Assembly: GCA_016699595.1 (NCBI GenBank)
Contig: CP064982.1
Span: forward strand, 139,647 to 203,646
Reading direction: 5' to 3'
Length of the DNA stretch: 64,000 bases
From: a bacterium
Lineage (GTDB): Bacteria > Patescibacteriota > Dojkabacteria > GCA-016699595
Shown here: positions 29,619-39,920 of the stretch, one piece after another
Layout: every line of letters begins with the position of its first letter
How positions within the stretch are numbered: the stretch's first letter is position 1
The notes under the pieces: generated by a model
The model's input: the letters and a program-made list of their open reading frames with translations, nothing else
The model's database searches: none
What the model was told of the DNA's origin: nothing
Made by a program: the position numbers and the translations under genes

Positions 29619-31439
29619 ATGCAAATACAAAAGCTATCTAAAGAATTGATAAATAAAATTGCAGCTGGTGAAGTCGTAGAAAGACCTGCTTCTATAGTCA
29701 AAGAACTTATTGAAAACTCTATTGACGCAGCTTCTAGCGATATACAAGTCAAAGTGAAAAATGGTGGAATCTCTGAAATTCGAATTATTGATAATGGTTC
29801 AGGTATAGAAGAAAGCCAAATTGAACTTGCTTTTCAAGAACATTCCACAAGCAAAATTTCCTCAATTGATGACTTATTTAGCATTCATACCAATGGATTT
29901 CGTGGTGAAGCATTATCATCGATTTCAGCAGTTTCCAAAGTTGTAATTGAAACTAGAACTGCAAGTGCAAAACTAGCAACTAAGTGTGAAATCACAAATG
30001 GACGAATTGATTCAAAAAATTATTCAAATCGAGCTGTAGGAACAAGTATCACTATAGCAGATATTTTCTACAATGTTCCAGCTCGTAGAAAATTTTTAAA
30101 AACAATCAAAACAGAAGAAAATAAAATTATAGAAGCTTTTGAACATATTGCATTTGTCTACCCTGTTATTGGCTTTAGCTTAGAAATTGATGGGAAAATG
30201 GTTTACAAGTTAACTGCTGCACAAAATAATTTTCATAGAGTTTCAGATATATTTAATTTAGATAAACAAAAATACATTGTTAAGAATTTCAACAACGAGA
30301 AATTTGACATTGATTTTATACTTTCTAAACCTTCAGCTTGTGTAAATCGAGGTGCTATGCAACTTCTCTCCGTCAATAATAGATTTATAACAGATCAAGT
30401 AATAAATACTGCAGTAAAAAATGCATATCAAGGATTTGTTCCACAGGAATTGAAGCCACAGTTTGTAATTCATTTGCAAGTCAAACCAGAAACGGTTGAT
30501 GTAAATGTTCACCCTAGAAAACTTGAAGTGCGATGGGAGGATCAAAGGGAGATGTTTTCAATTATCTATACTACAGTTAGGCAAATCTTAACAAATGAAT
30601 TGAAATTGGACACGCAAATCAAACTCGATCAAGGTAGCATTGAAAAATTGAATAATACACCATTTGACCTTAAGAGCAAAAGTACTTCATTAACCTATTC
30701 AAATAAATTTGGATCACATTTTGGCTATAGTTCCTCAAAGCAAAGTTCCAATCTGTCAACTAGCTTGGACAATTTGCATTCGTTGAGACAAACTAACAAT
30801 GATTTTTATGACAGTCAATTTGAGTTATCTTCGATGTACAGTCCAAGTCAATCTAATATAGCAAGTACTAAATATATATCGGCTATTCAATTGCTACAAA
30901 CATATATACTTTTGGAGTATTCTGACAAAGTCTTACTAATAGATCAACATGCAGCAGCAGAAAGAATAACCTTTGATAAACTAAAGCGTAAATTTGACGG
31001 CAATCAGTTTGAATCTCAAAGATTACTTTTGCCATACAAACTAGATCTTGACCAGAAACAGAAAAACTTATTGACAGAAAACCTTGATAAGTTTTTAAAG
31101 TTTGGTATAAGCATAGAAAATCTGAATAATGAATTTGTGATTCAAGAATTACCAAACTTTTTGACTACAAAAGATCTACAAAACTTAGTTGTTGAATCTT
31201 TGTCTGATTTGATTGATTATAAAATTGTGAAATTGGAAGAGGTTTATGATAGACTAATGGCAACAATAGCTTGCCATGGTTCGTATAGAGGTGGAGACAA
31301 AATGTCTCGCTTTGAGATAGATGAGCTAGTTTTAGAATTATTTCAAACAGCAAAGCCCTATTCCTGTCCACATGGCAGACCTGTTATTTGGGAACTCACT
31401 AAGTATGAACTTGAGAAAAAGTTTGGAAGAGTTGGGTAA
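29619..31439 (+). CDS. mutL: DNA mismatch repair protein MutL
   Basis: 606 aa. GHKL ATPase N-terminus (…ELIENSIDA…, …DNGSGI…) and a C-terminal dimerisation domain. Confidence 0.9.
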   Translation: MQIQKLSKELINKIAAGEVVERPASIVKELIENSIDAASSDIQVKVKNGGISEIRIIDNGSGIEESQIELAFQEHSTSKISSIDDLFSIHTNGFRGEALSSISAVSKVVIETRTASAKLATKCEITNGRIDSKNYSNRAVGTSITIADIFYNVPARRKFLKTIKTEENKIIEAFEHIAFVYPVIGFSLEIDGKMVYKLTAAQNNFHRVSDIFNLDKQKYIVKNFNNEKFDIDFILSKPSACVNRGAMQLLSVNNRFITDQVINTAVKNAYQGFVPQELKPQFVIHLQVKPETVDVNVHPRKLEVRWEDQREMFSIIYTTVRQILTNELKLDTQIKLDQGSIEKLNNTPFDLKSKSTSLTYSNKFGSHFGYSSSKQSSNLSTSLDNLHSLRQTNNDFYDSQFELSSMYSPSQSNIASTKYISAIQLLQTYILLEYSDKVLLIDQHAAAERITFDKLKRKFDGNQFESQRLLLPYKLDLDQKQKNLLTENLDKFLKFGISIENLNNEFVIQELPNFLTTKDLQNLVVESLSDLIDYKIVKLEEVYDRLMATIACHGSYRGGDKMSRFEIDELVLELFQTAKPYSCPHGRPVIWELTKYELEKKFGRVG

Positions 31440-31445
31440 AAAAAT

Positions 31446-32063
31446 ATGATAAATTATATGCAAATACCAAAGTATACAACGAAACAAAAAATTCAAATCA
31501 TTGTCTACATTATTTTGATTGTAATTTTTCTTTCTTACCTTATGTGGAACAAATATGGTTCACAAATTCGTACATACCAACTGCGACAGGAATATATAAG
31601 GAGTATGCAAAGTTTGGCATATATCCACAATAGTACAGTTGCTTGTGCCTCTATGCGAGTTGAATCAGATTGTATATGTAATGATGATAGATCTTGGCAA
31701 GTAACCTGCTTTGATAAGAAAATAAAAATTGCTGATAGTGAGATTCAAATTGCTGTTGCTACAAACACTTCAGAACAAAATGAAGGAATGATGGAATTTA
31801 GAGAGCTACCGGTAAATTATGGTATGCTCTTTACCTTTTCGGATAATCAGGTCAGAAATTTCTGGATGAAAGACACATACTTACCACTAACAATTATATT
31901 TATGGATGAAAATTACCAAGTAGTAAATATAGCAGATGCAACTCCACTGAATCTAGCAGGTGTTTCAAGTACAAAGCCCACAAAGTATGTTCTTGAGATT
32001 CAGCAAGATCTGAATAATAAACTAAATATACAAATCGGGTCACATATACTTATAGATTTGTAA
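31446..32063 (+). CDS. DUF192 (COG1430) family protein with an N-terminal TM anchor
   Basis: 205 aa. A …LPVNYGMLFTF…NFWMKDTYLPLTIIFMDE… core typical of DUF192. Confidence 0.55.
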   Translation: MINYMQIPKYTTKQKIQIIVYIILIVIFLSYLMWNKYGSQIRTYQLRQEYIRSMQSLAYIHNSTVACASMRVESDCICNDDRSWQVTCFDKKIKIADSEIQIAVATNTSEQNEGMMEFRELPVNYGMLFTFSDNQVRNFWMKDTYLPLTIIFMDENYQVVNIADATPLNLAGVSSTKPTKYVLEIQQDLNNKLNIQIGSHILIDL

Positions 32064-32760
32064 GTTCGTTACGCCAACCATTGGGTCCATGAAAAGTCTC
32101 GCCTGGACCATTGGCGCCTACAAGTACATCACAATGTCCAAGTACTTCTAAAATATTATATTTCTTTTTCAGTTTGTAGAGTATCTTATCGAGTGTGTTG
32201 ATGCTCTCATTCGTTGGATATTTACATGTATAGTCTCCTACAAGAGCAATTGCTATACTTCTACAGTTCATATTCCAATCACCAGCATGCCAGCCGACAT
32301 AACTATCTTCTAGTATTTGTTCAAACGAGCCATCATTCCAGATTAAATAATGATAACCAAGAAATGTCTGCCTACCTTTGTATATATGATTGGAGCAAAT
32401 AGGCGTACCAAAGTAATCCTTGGAAGGTCTTGAGAATTCTGGTACATAAAGACGCAATAATGAAAGTGCATTCAAATATTCATAAGTAGCGTTTTCTTCT
32501 CCTAATGTATGATGGATCACGACGGTATCGATATCGGTTCTATCTAAGTCATGATTAGGACCAGTTTCACCTAAAGAGATTTTATCTTCATTCAATAAGT
32601 CGGCAATAATATTTGTAAATTTCCTTTTTTCTTCTACCCATATTTCATTTGCATAGTCTTCTTTAGTAATGTCATTAAAAAAATACTTGAGGTATTCGGA
32701 TATTTGCAAATACCATGTCGGAGTTTCAAATATTTTAATGTCTAGTTCATTAATATTCAT
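32050..32760 (-). CDS. N-acetylmuramoyl-L-alanine amidase (Amidase_2 / PGRP-like zinc amidase)
   Basis: 236 aa. …VVIHHTLGEE…, …YHYLIWNDG…VGWHAGDWN… and …LGHCDV… match the zinc-ligand and substrate motifs of the Amidase_2 family. Confidence 0.7.
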   Translation of the reverse strand: MNINELDIKIFETPTWYLQISEYLKYFFNDITKEDYANEIWVEEKRKFTNIIADLLNEDKISLGETGPNHDLDRTDIDTVVIHHTLGEENATYEYLNALSLLRLYVPEFSRPSKDYFGTPICSNHIYKGRQTFLGYHYLIWNDGSFEQILEDSYVGWHAGDWNMNCRSIAIALVGDYTCKYPTNESINTLDKILYKLKKKYNILEVLGHCDVLVGANGPGETFHGPNGWRNELTNL

Positions 32761-32794
32761 GATTTGAGATTAAACTTTATCGTAATTATTCAAA

Positions 32795-34792
32795 TTACCA
32801 ACTACCACCACCGCCGCCCCCTCCGCCACCACCGGAAAAACCACCTCCTCCGTTGCCGGTTGATGAACTTACAGTAGATGATATTGTAGATAAGGAATCT
32901 GATAGAGCTGTTGTGAAGTCTGTAGCATTAAATGCACTAAAGTTTATCAAATTCGTTCCAACATACCATGTTGGTGGTTCAGTAAATGTATCTTGAAATT
33001 TATCAGTCCAAATCTTGGTAACTCCTAATGCCATGGCGTATGGAAGATACTTTTCAAATGTTTCAATATCATGTTTATTTGGGTCATTTAGAAATTCAAT
33101 TTGATTTTTTTCAGCTGTGCCAAGATACATTTTAAATCCTTTTACCTTCTCTTGAATTCGCTTACCAACTTCAGTTACAACACTAATTTTATTCAGCAAA
33201 TATATAGCAAAAATAGCTGATGGTATAAGTACTATAACTGAGATTATATTTGGAATAAAAAAATTGGTAACGACAGATATCAATATCGCAAAACCTACTC
33301 CAAACTTTTGGAACAATAAACTTGGAGATTCTTTGAAATAACCTTTGGAAATTGCCCATGAATATAAACTTGAATGCAATGTTTGATACATTTGTGGAAA
33401 ATCAGTATATTTCAAATCATTCAATTTCACCTCTTGAATATTAGTGTGTACAGTATCTAGTTGCCATGTTGAATCTATTATTTGATTGATGAAATTTCCT
33501 ATCTGATGATTTTGCTTTGAATTAAAAATGTAATAGTAAAGAGATTCTTCTTCAAGAGAAAGAGGTATTTTACTCTTTGCACTAGATTCAACTGATGTAT
33601 CAGGTATGCTCATAAATGAATAAGACTTTCCTATTCCGAAAGGACCTTTATCTTCTTTTATTTTCATCCAACCTTTTACACACAATGAAATAATAATTGC
33701 AGCCAAATCAGATTTACCTGCGGATTCATCTACCATTACTCCTGCTTGAGCAGGGGATAGATCTGAAGGAGGCGTATATTCTGGAACTATTACATTGTCT
33801 GATGCTTTGGAACTTGTAAGTTTATGAATCAGGGATGAAACAGCAATTGGTAAAAACGATGTACAAATTACAAGAATATCAATGATGAGTTGAAATATAG
33901 TATTTGGAGAATTTTCAAGCTTTTTTCCTACATTCACAGCAAGTGCACTAGATCCTGAGTCTTCTATGAAACTAGCAAGGATAGTTACACCTTCGTAAGG
34001 TTTCAAATCATCTACATTATAAGAAATTGTATTACCCAAAGTTTGTATATCGCAATTCTGACTACCAGTTTCTCCATAAAGTCCTGTATAGCAGTTACTT
34101 TCAGATAGATTCAAGTTTTTAGGTGTACTAAGATTTAGTGTATATTCTTGAACGTATGCATTCCATTTATTTCCCCAAAAATTCCAATACAAAGCAGTAT
34201 TACCTGTCGGTGTTTTTATCAATCCATCCTGTACTAAATACTTTACATGATAAGTATAAAGACCTTTGCTTAGTGTTGCATCTTCATCTCCGATTCTTGC
34301 ATACTCAAAAGTTTGAGCAGCAGATATGCCCGACTTATTGCATATCTCTGAGGTTTGAGTGCGATAGATAACTGGGTCATTTGCATTTTCACGATACACT
34401 TGAAGATTGTCAATATTTGCCCTTGCAACATAGTAAGAGATTTGACCATTCTCAAAAAAAACTCCTTCAGTCAAAGTTGGAATATATCTGTATATTCCGT
34501 GCTTCCCATCATTTAAATATATTTGAATTTTTTCATCAATGGTGAAACTTCCATCTTGGTTTAATTCAGCATTAACGACTACTTTGTGTATTGTATCTAC
34601 ATCTGATGAAGTAGACTTACTAAGTGAACTTTCATAACAATAACTTTGTCCAGGTAACCTCAAGAATCTAGAAATTACATTGACCGTGTTTGAGGATTTT
34701 GGGTTTGAAAATAAAAGGCCTGTAGCTAGTATACAAAAACTAAAAAAGAACATTATCCCAACGACAATTCTAAGTATTCGAACTTGTTTCAT
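32795..34792 (-). CDS. DUF2207 family membrane protein with a C-terminal poly-Gly tail
   Basis: 665 aa. Signal/TM, a large extracellular domain and 3 TM helices, ending …GNGGGGFSGGGGGGGGGGSW. It is paired with an adjacent LemA gene, as is usual for DUF2207. Confidence 0.7.
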   Translation of the reverse strand: MKQVRILRIVVGIMFFFSFCILATGLLFSNPKSSNTVNVISRFLRLPGQSYCYESSLSKSTSSDVDTIHKVVVNAELNQDGSFTIDEKIQIYLNDGKHGIYRYIPTLTEGVFFENGQISYYVARANIDNLQVYRENANDPVIYRTQTSEICNKSGISAAQTFEYARIGDEDATLSKGLYTYHVKYLVQDGLIKTPTGNTALYWNFWGNKWNAYVQEYTLNLSTPKNLNLSESNCYTGLYGETGSQNCDIQTLGNTISYNVDDLKPYEGVTILASFIEDSGSSALAVNVGKKLENSPNTIFQLIIDILVICTSFLPIAVSSLIHKLTSSKASDNVIVPEYTPPSDLSPAQAGVMVDESAGKSDLAAIIISLCVKGWMKIKEDKGPFGIGKSYSFMSIPDTSVESSAKSKIPLSLEEESLYYYIFNSKQNHQIGNFINQIIDSTWQLDTVHTNIQEVKLNDLKYTDFPQMYQTLHSSLYSWAISKGYFKESPSLLFQKFGVGFAILISVVTNFFIPNIISVIVLIPSAIFAIYLLNKISVVTEVGKRIQEKVKGFKMYLGTAEKNQIEFLNDPNKHDIETFEKYLPYAMALGVTKIWTDKFQDTFTEPPTWYVGTNLINFSAFNATDFTTALSDSLSTISSTVSSSTGNGGGGFSGGGGGGGGGGSW

Positions 34793-34833
34793 ATTATAAA
34801 GGTTATGACAAAGTAAAAGTATCTACTCAGAGA

Positions 34834-35385
34834 TTAAAATTTCACGGATACATTTTGTCTCTCTTCTTCAGGAGTTTCAAAGTATTTCTCTTCTCTAAAA
34901 CCAAACATCCCAGCTAGTATATTTTGTGGAAAAGTAACTAGTGAAGTATTGTAATTTCTTACAGTTCCATTGTAATACTTTCTACTGTTTGCAATTTCTG
35001 TTTCCATAGTTTCAAGAGTAGTTTGTAACTGTTGAAAGTTTGTATTTGCCTTCAATTCGGGATAATTTTCTGCAACTGCAAAAAGTGTTTTCAAAGTTGA
35101 ACTAAACTGATTGGCAACTTCCATTTTTTCATCCTGAGTTTGTGCATTCATATAACCAGAACGAAGTTGTGCAATTTTTTCAAAGACCTCACTTTCATGT
35201 TTCGCATAGCCTTTCACTGTTTCAACTAAATTTGGAACCATGTCAAATCGTTTCTTGAGCATTGTATCAATGCCAGCGAAAGCTTCTTTTATTAACTGCC
35301 TTGCAGTAGCAAGTTTGTTGTAAGTTGCAATTGCAAAAAATACAAAAAGTAAAATGATGACTCCGAGTGCTATAAGTAATGGCAT
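34834..35385 (-). CDS. lemA: LemA family protein
   Basis: 183 aa. N-terminal TM then the LemA core (…ATYNKLATARQLIKEAFAGIDTMLKKRFDMVPNLVETVKGYAKHE…). Confidence 0.85.
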   Translation of the reverse strand: MPLLIALGVIILLFVFFAIATYNKLATARQLIKEAFAGIDTMLKKRFDMVPNLVETVKGYAKHESEVFEKIAQLRSGYMNAQTQDEKMEVANQFSSTLKTLFAVAENYPELKANTNFQQLQTTLETMETEIANSRKYYNGTVRNYNTSLVTFPQNILAGMFGFREEKYFETPEEERQNVSVKF

Positions 35386-35538
35386 AAATTTCTATCTTCT
35401 GTCTAATTGCTGAAGATCTTTCCTACAACAATATATAACAGAACTAATTTTTTTTAAATAAAATTTGAACCAAGTTAATTATACATCCTTTTGCAATAGA
35501 ATGACATGAATATCATTGGCATTCTTTAGTATTTGAAG

Positions 35539-35847
35539 TTATGTGTTTGCACCAACCAAGAACAATAAGTTTATAAATAGTGCTATAAAAATGAGAATTA
35601 TAAAGTAAACTAGCAAAATTGAAACTTTGGCAATTAAGTCAATGTCTAACTTCTTAACTGATAAAATCATTGAAATATAACTAGTAAGAAAAAGAACAGT
35701 TTGAATAATTAATTGTAAAACAGCTCCTCCTATATAACCTATTTCTTTATTTAGACTTGTTATCATTATCAGATTGGCAAATGTTGTAAAGATCGATGCA
35801 ATTAAAGTCAGAATGAAAATAATTGCTAGCTTGAAGAATTTTTTCAT
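35539..35847 (-). CDS. Small hydrophobic membrane protein of unknown function
   Basis: 102 aa, 3 predicted TM helices. It starts 19 bp after the 3' end of the RNase P RNA. Confidence 0.4.
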   Translation of the reverse strand: MKKFFKLAIIFILTLIASIFTTFANLIMITSLNKEIGYIGGAVLQLIIQTVLFLTSYISMILSVKKLDIDLIAKVSILLVYFIILIFIALFINLLFLVGANT

Positions 35848-35865
35848 TTTTTTGGTAAATTTTAT

Positions 35866-36173
35866 AGCTCATTCATAAGCCAGATTCTGTTTATGCAATC
35901 ATTTCTCTGAGCGACTTAGTCTTGCATCTTGCAGGGGTTACCCCACTATTACATTGCTGCAATAATGCGTGAGCTCTTACCTCACGATTTCAACCTTACC
36001 CGAAGGCGGTATGTTTCTGTTGCCCTTTTCTCCCGAAGATTACTCCCCGCTGTGTCAATTAAAAAAATTCTAATCTTCCACAGTGCAAATGGTTCAAATT
36101 ACTTTCAACCACAAAGTTGATGTCTGGACTTTCCTCACCCCATTATTATGGGCCGTGATTGCTTGAATGAGCT
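35866..36173 (-). ncRNA. rnpB: RNase P RNA (bacterial type A-like, compact ~308 nt)
   Basis: Minus-strand RNA starts AGCUCAUUCA… and ends …UGAAUGAGCU (P1 pairing). It contains GAGGAAAGUCCAGAC (P4 5' strand), GGUAAGAGCUCACGC (matching the GGUAAGAGCGCACC consensus) and ACAGAAUCUGGCUUAU (P4 3' strand). Local GC is well above that of the flanks. Confidence 0.8.
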
Positions 36174-36299
36174 GATGTTGATTATACAGCAAAGTACTAC
36201 TTTTGGACAATATATTAAATATCAAAAAACATTGCAGTCTAATACAGGTATATTCAAATATATTCGAAAGTTCCAATGTATTCGAAATTACTGTAAACA

Positions 36300-38441
36300 C
36301 TAGTCATGATTTACTAGACCTATACTCCACCTGCCTTCTCTATCTTTTCCCTTGACGATTATTTGAATTTTTTCACCTACTCTATATTGTTTGGTCATTG
36401 GCAGTCCATTTTGTCCAAGAATCTTCGGAAACTCAGATATATGAAGAAGTGCTTGTGTATTACCACCTCTGAAACTTACAAAAACTCCATATTCTTTGAT
36501 CGTCTCTACTTGTGCTTCATATTCTTTTCCAACTTCAGGTTCGCCTACAGTGCCATCAACCATGTCAAATGCACTTACCAACGACTCTTTGGAATTTGCC
36601 ATAATTGTAACTAAGCCATTATCGTCAATATTCAATTCAGCTCCAGTTTTTTCAGTAATTCCTTTGATGTTTTTTCCACCTGGACCTATAAGTTCACCTA
36701 TTCTATCTGGGTTTATTTGTATTTGTCTAACTTGGGGAGCATTATCCTTCAAGACCTCGCGAGGTGCAACCAAGACTTCCTCTATTTTTTCAAGTATCTC
36801 AATTCTTTTTGAGTATGCAAGATCAAGAGCTTCTTTAATGATTTTTATATCTACTCCACCAAGTTTATTGTCCATCTGGATGGCTGTTATTCCCATTCTT
36901 GTACCAGTAACTTTGAAATCCATATCTCCAAAAAAATCTTCCTTGTCTGCCATGTCAACAACTAGTTTGTAATTATTCATATTATTGTCATCAACTACAA
37001 GACCAATAGCAATTCCAGCAACAGGAGCTTTGATAGGAACTCCTGCATCCATGAGAGCTACTGTTGAGCCGCATGTAGAAGCCATTGAACTACTTCCAGA
37101 TTGAGACAAAACTTCGGATACGACTCTGATAACATATGGAAACGCAGCTATTTCAGGTATTACTGGTCTTAGAGCTTTTTCCGCCAATTCACCGTGTCCA
37201 ATCTCTCTTCTTCCAGGATACAAATTAAATCTTCCTGCTTCACCTAAAGAATAAGAAGGTCCATTGTAATGATGCATATAATACCTTTCTTCTTCACCCT
37301 GATATGTTTCAGCAATTTCATAATCTTGCAGTGAGCCAAGAGTTACAATGCTCATAGCTTGTGTTATACCTCGTGAAAAAAGAGCTGACCCATGAACTAT
37401 AGGGAGTACACCAGCTTCAATTGTTATTTTTCGAATTTCATCCATTTCTCTGCCTGACAATCTCCTCTTTTCAGATAGTATGCCATGTCTTGTAATCTTC
37501 TTAGAATTTTTAAAAATAAGTTCGTCAATCACAACATTACTTATTTCACTTTTTATATCATCAGGCAAATTATCTCTCTTTGCCACTAGATTGTTTTTGA
37601 TCTCATCAATTTTGATAGTATATGCTTCGTCGTCATCAGTATATAGCGCTAATTTAAGGTCCCTTTCAAACTCTTCATCGGTCAAACCTAGCTTTTCAAT
37701 GACACTATGATAGTTAACTTCTTCTGTTACAACTGAAAGTTTTTTCTTATTTGCTATAGCTTGCACTTTTTCTACAAATTCCTTTTGGAACCGTTCCATC
37801 ACCGAAAATCCATCTATAGCAATATCAAAAGCTTTTTTCATTGTTTCTTCTCCAATTTGATTTGCACCTACCTCAATCATGGAAACTTGTTCACTAAAAC
37901 CTGAAAACAATAAATCTATTTCATTATCTTTCATCTCTAGAGTAGTTGGATTGACTTTCAAACTATCACCTACTTTGCCAACTCTTACAGTTGCAATTGG
38001 TCCTGAAAATGGGACTGAAGAATTCATTATACAAGCAGAAACTGCATTCATTGCAAGCACGATTGGATCGTTTACTCCATCAAATGTCAAGAGTGTAATG
38101 ATAATTTGTACTGGTTGCTTGAATGTTTTAGGAAACAATGGTCGAATTGCCCTATCAATTGCTCTAGCCTTCAAAATACTATCATCTGATTGTTTTTCTC
38201 TTTTTATAAATTTATTTTGGTTAATCCTACCAACTGCATAATGTTTGTCGACAAATTCTACGGTAAGGGGAAAGAAATCTGCATCTGATTTTTTCTTGTC
38301 AACTGTCAAGGTTACAAGAACTGTAGTGTCTCCTGCGCTTGCAAATACTGAACTGTCTGTTCTGAAAGCAAGTTTGCCTGTTTCAAACTTGAGATTTTGA
38401 TTGTTGACTGAGGCTGTGTGAGTAATAATTTGGTTTAACAT
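36300..38441 (-). CDS. pnp: Polyribonucleotide nucleotidyltransferase (PNPase)
   Basis: 713 aa. Two RNase PH domains, a KH domain and a C-terminal S1 domain (…GEKIQIIVKGKDREGR…). Confidence 0.95.
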   Translation of the reverse strand: MLNQIITHTASVNNQNLKFETGKLAFRTDSSVFASAGDTTVLVTLTVDKKKSDADFFPLTVEFVDKHYAVGRINQNKFIKREKQSDDSILKARAIDRAIRPLFPKTFKQPVQIIITLLTFDGVNDPIVLAMNAVSACIMNSSVPFSGPIATVRVGKVGDSLKVNPTTLEMKDNEIDLLFSGFSEQVSMIEVGANQIGEETMKKAFDIAIDGFSVMERFQKEFVEKVQAIANKKKLSVVTEEVNYHSVIEKLGLTDEEFERDLKLALYTDDDEAYTIKIDEIKNNLVAKRDNLPDDIKSEISNVVIDELIFKNSKKITRHGILSEKRRLSGREMDEIRKITIEAGVLPIVHGSALFSRGITQAMSIVTLGSLQDYEIAETYQGEEERYYMHHYNGPSYSLGEAGRFNLYPGRREIGHGELAEKALRPVIPEIAAFPYVIRVVSEVLSQSGSSSMASTCGSTVALMDAGVPIKAPVAGIAIGLVVDDNNMNNYKLVVDMADKEDFFGDMDFKVTGTRMGITAIQMDNKLGGVDIKIIKEALDLAYSKRIEILEKIEEVLVAPREVLKDNAPQVRQIQINPDRIGELIGPGGKNIKGITEKTGAELNIDDNGLVTIMANSKESLVSAFDMVDGTVGEPEVGKEYEAQVETIKEYGVFVSFRGGNTQALLHISEFPKILGQNGLPMTKQYRVGEKIQIIVKGKDREGRWSIGLVNHD

Positions 38442-38679
38442 TTTTTTTGTATTTTCGCTTCAAAATAATATTGCTACTCAATACACAAATAAAATCATTG
38501 TTATAATTTTTGATAACTTACAATTAGATTATTTGGATATTGAAATACTATTTTTAAAGTGAATAAAGATTAAATAGTTGTTAGTCTGAAATTGATAACT
38601 CTATGCAAAGCTAAAATTGTTGTCAAATTCGATCTTTAGCTTTGTAGCTATCTAGTTTATTATAACAGCCGACAGATAA

Positions 38680-39567
38680 TTACTGCAAAAAATAATGTAA
38701 TATTTCATTTTTATATTCTACATCAATACTGAAGTGATTTTGTTCATACAGTTCTTTGAATTCGACATTATCTTTCCCATATTTATGCATAGTTTCTACA
38801 AAGCTCAAAGAATCATATATAGGTATATTTACATCTTTTGTGCCGTGCCAAATCTTGATTGGAATTTCCAAAGTTTTATCCACTCTATCTTTACTCCACT
38901 CATCAAAGTTTATAGTAGGGGCAAGAAGTGCAATTTTTTGGACCCTGTCAGGAAATGTAGTTGCATAATTCATAGTCGGAAGGCCTCCCATGCTGTAGCC
39001 TATCAAGTAGATCTCCCTAATGTTGGTAACTTCACTGTTTATATATTCAAGGAGACTGGTAATGTCATTAATTGAATTTTTATTTCCCCAATTATCGCCA
39101 TGTTGATTTGATGCTAGAAAAATAAAATCATTTTGGCTAAAGAATTCTCCATATTCTTGCAGTCCTCGTACAAATGGATCCCCAATATCGTTTGTAACTT
39201 CAGAACCAGAGCCGTGAGAGAATATCACAACTTTAGCAGTTTCTTCACCATTCAAGTTACTTGGAATTGCTATATAGGCATACTGCCCATCAATTAACTC
39301 AAATCGTTCAGTAAATAAAGTAACTTGTGCTTCAGAACCATCTGCTGTCAGTGATGCCGAAGAAATATCTGATTCGCTCAAGTTCTCGTCTAGGTAGCTA
39401 AGGTCTCTCACTTCTTGCTTTGAAATGTTTGTTTCTATATAGTCATATTCCTGCTTGAAAGTACTTTTGCTACATATAATAACAAAGAAAACCACTAAAC
39501 TGAGTCCAAGAAATATCAACTTTAATTTCGTATCTTTTCTACTTATTTTTTTACCAATATCTTTCAT
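38680..39567 (-). CDS. Alpha/beta-hydrolase-fold esterase/peptidase, secreted or membrane-anchored
   Basis: 295 aa. N-terminal TM/signal, nucleophile elbow GYSMGG, and downstream Asp/His candidates. Confidence 0.6.
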   Translation of the reverse strand: MKDIGKKISRKDTKLKLIFLGLSLVVFFVIICSKSTFKQEYDYIETNISKQEVRDLSYLDENLSESDISSASLTADGSEAQVTLFTERFELIDGQYAYIAIPSNLNGEETAKVVIFSHGSGSEVTNDIGDPFVRGLQEYGEFFSQNDFIFLASNQHGDNWGNKNSINDITSLLEYINSEVTNIREIYLIGYSMGGLPTMNYATTFPDRVQKIALLAPTINFDEWSKDRVDKTLEIPIKIWHGTKDVNIPIYDSLSFVETMHKYGKDNVEFKELYEQNHFSIDVEYKNEILHYFLQ

Positions 39568-39730
39568 GTCAAAGATATTCTATCAATTATAATGATTTAT
39601 AGGTGAAGTATTTGAAGTATCTGATTTTTTGATAATTTTGTATTGTTACTTTTTCAGTTTCATGCTAAAATGGGTAAGCTAATTTATTGAATCATCGATT
39701 CCATTGTAAAATAAGGAATGAATTTGCCAA

Positions 39731-39916
39731 ATGACAAAACGAACATATCAACCACATACACTTAAAGCACTCAAAAAACTTGGGTTTAGGGCTAGGATAG
39801 CGACGAAGGGTGGAAGAGATGTATTGAAAAGAAGACTTGCAAAAGGCAGAAAGATACTTACTATTTCAGATGAATATAGGTTGAAGCAAAAGACTCCCAA
39901 CGCTCGTATCAAATAA
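39731..39916 (+). CDS. rpmH: 50S ribosomal protein L34 with a ~17-aa C-terminal extension
   Basis: [44 protein letters not shown]… matches L34 throughout, then continues …[17 protein letters not shown] past the usual end. Confidence 0.8.
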   Translation: MTKRTYQPHTLKALKKLGFRARIATKGGRDVLKRRLAKGRKILTISDEYRLKQKTPNARIK

Positions 39917-39920
39917 TTCT

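Noticed and set aside
32795-32860. Poly-Gly-encoding tract at the DUF2207 3' end as a slipped-strand phase-variation site
   Set aside because: The codons are mixed (GGT/GGC/GGG/GGA) rather than a homopolymer or a simple repeat, so slippage is unlikely.
35929-36120. ORF-track CDS of 63 aa on the + strand
   Set aside because: It lies entirely within the GC-rich RNase P RNA gene on the opposite strand. Its apparent codon quality is a by-product of the structured RNA.
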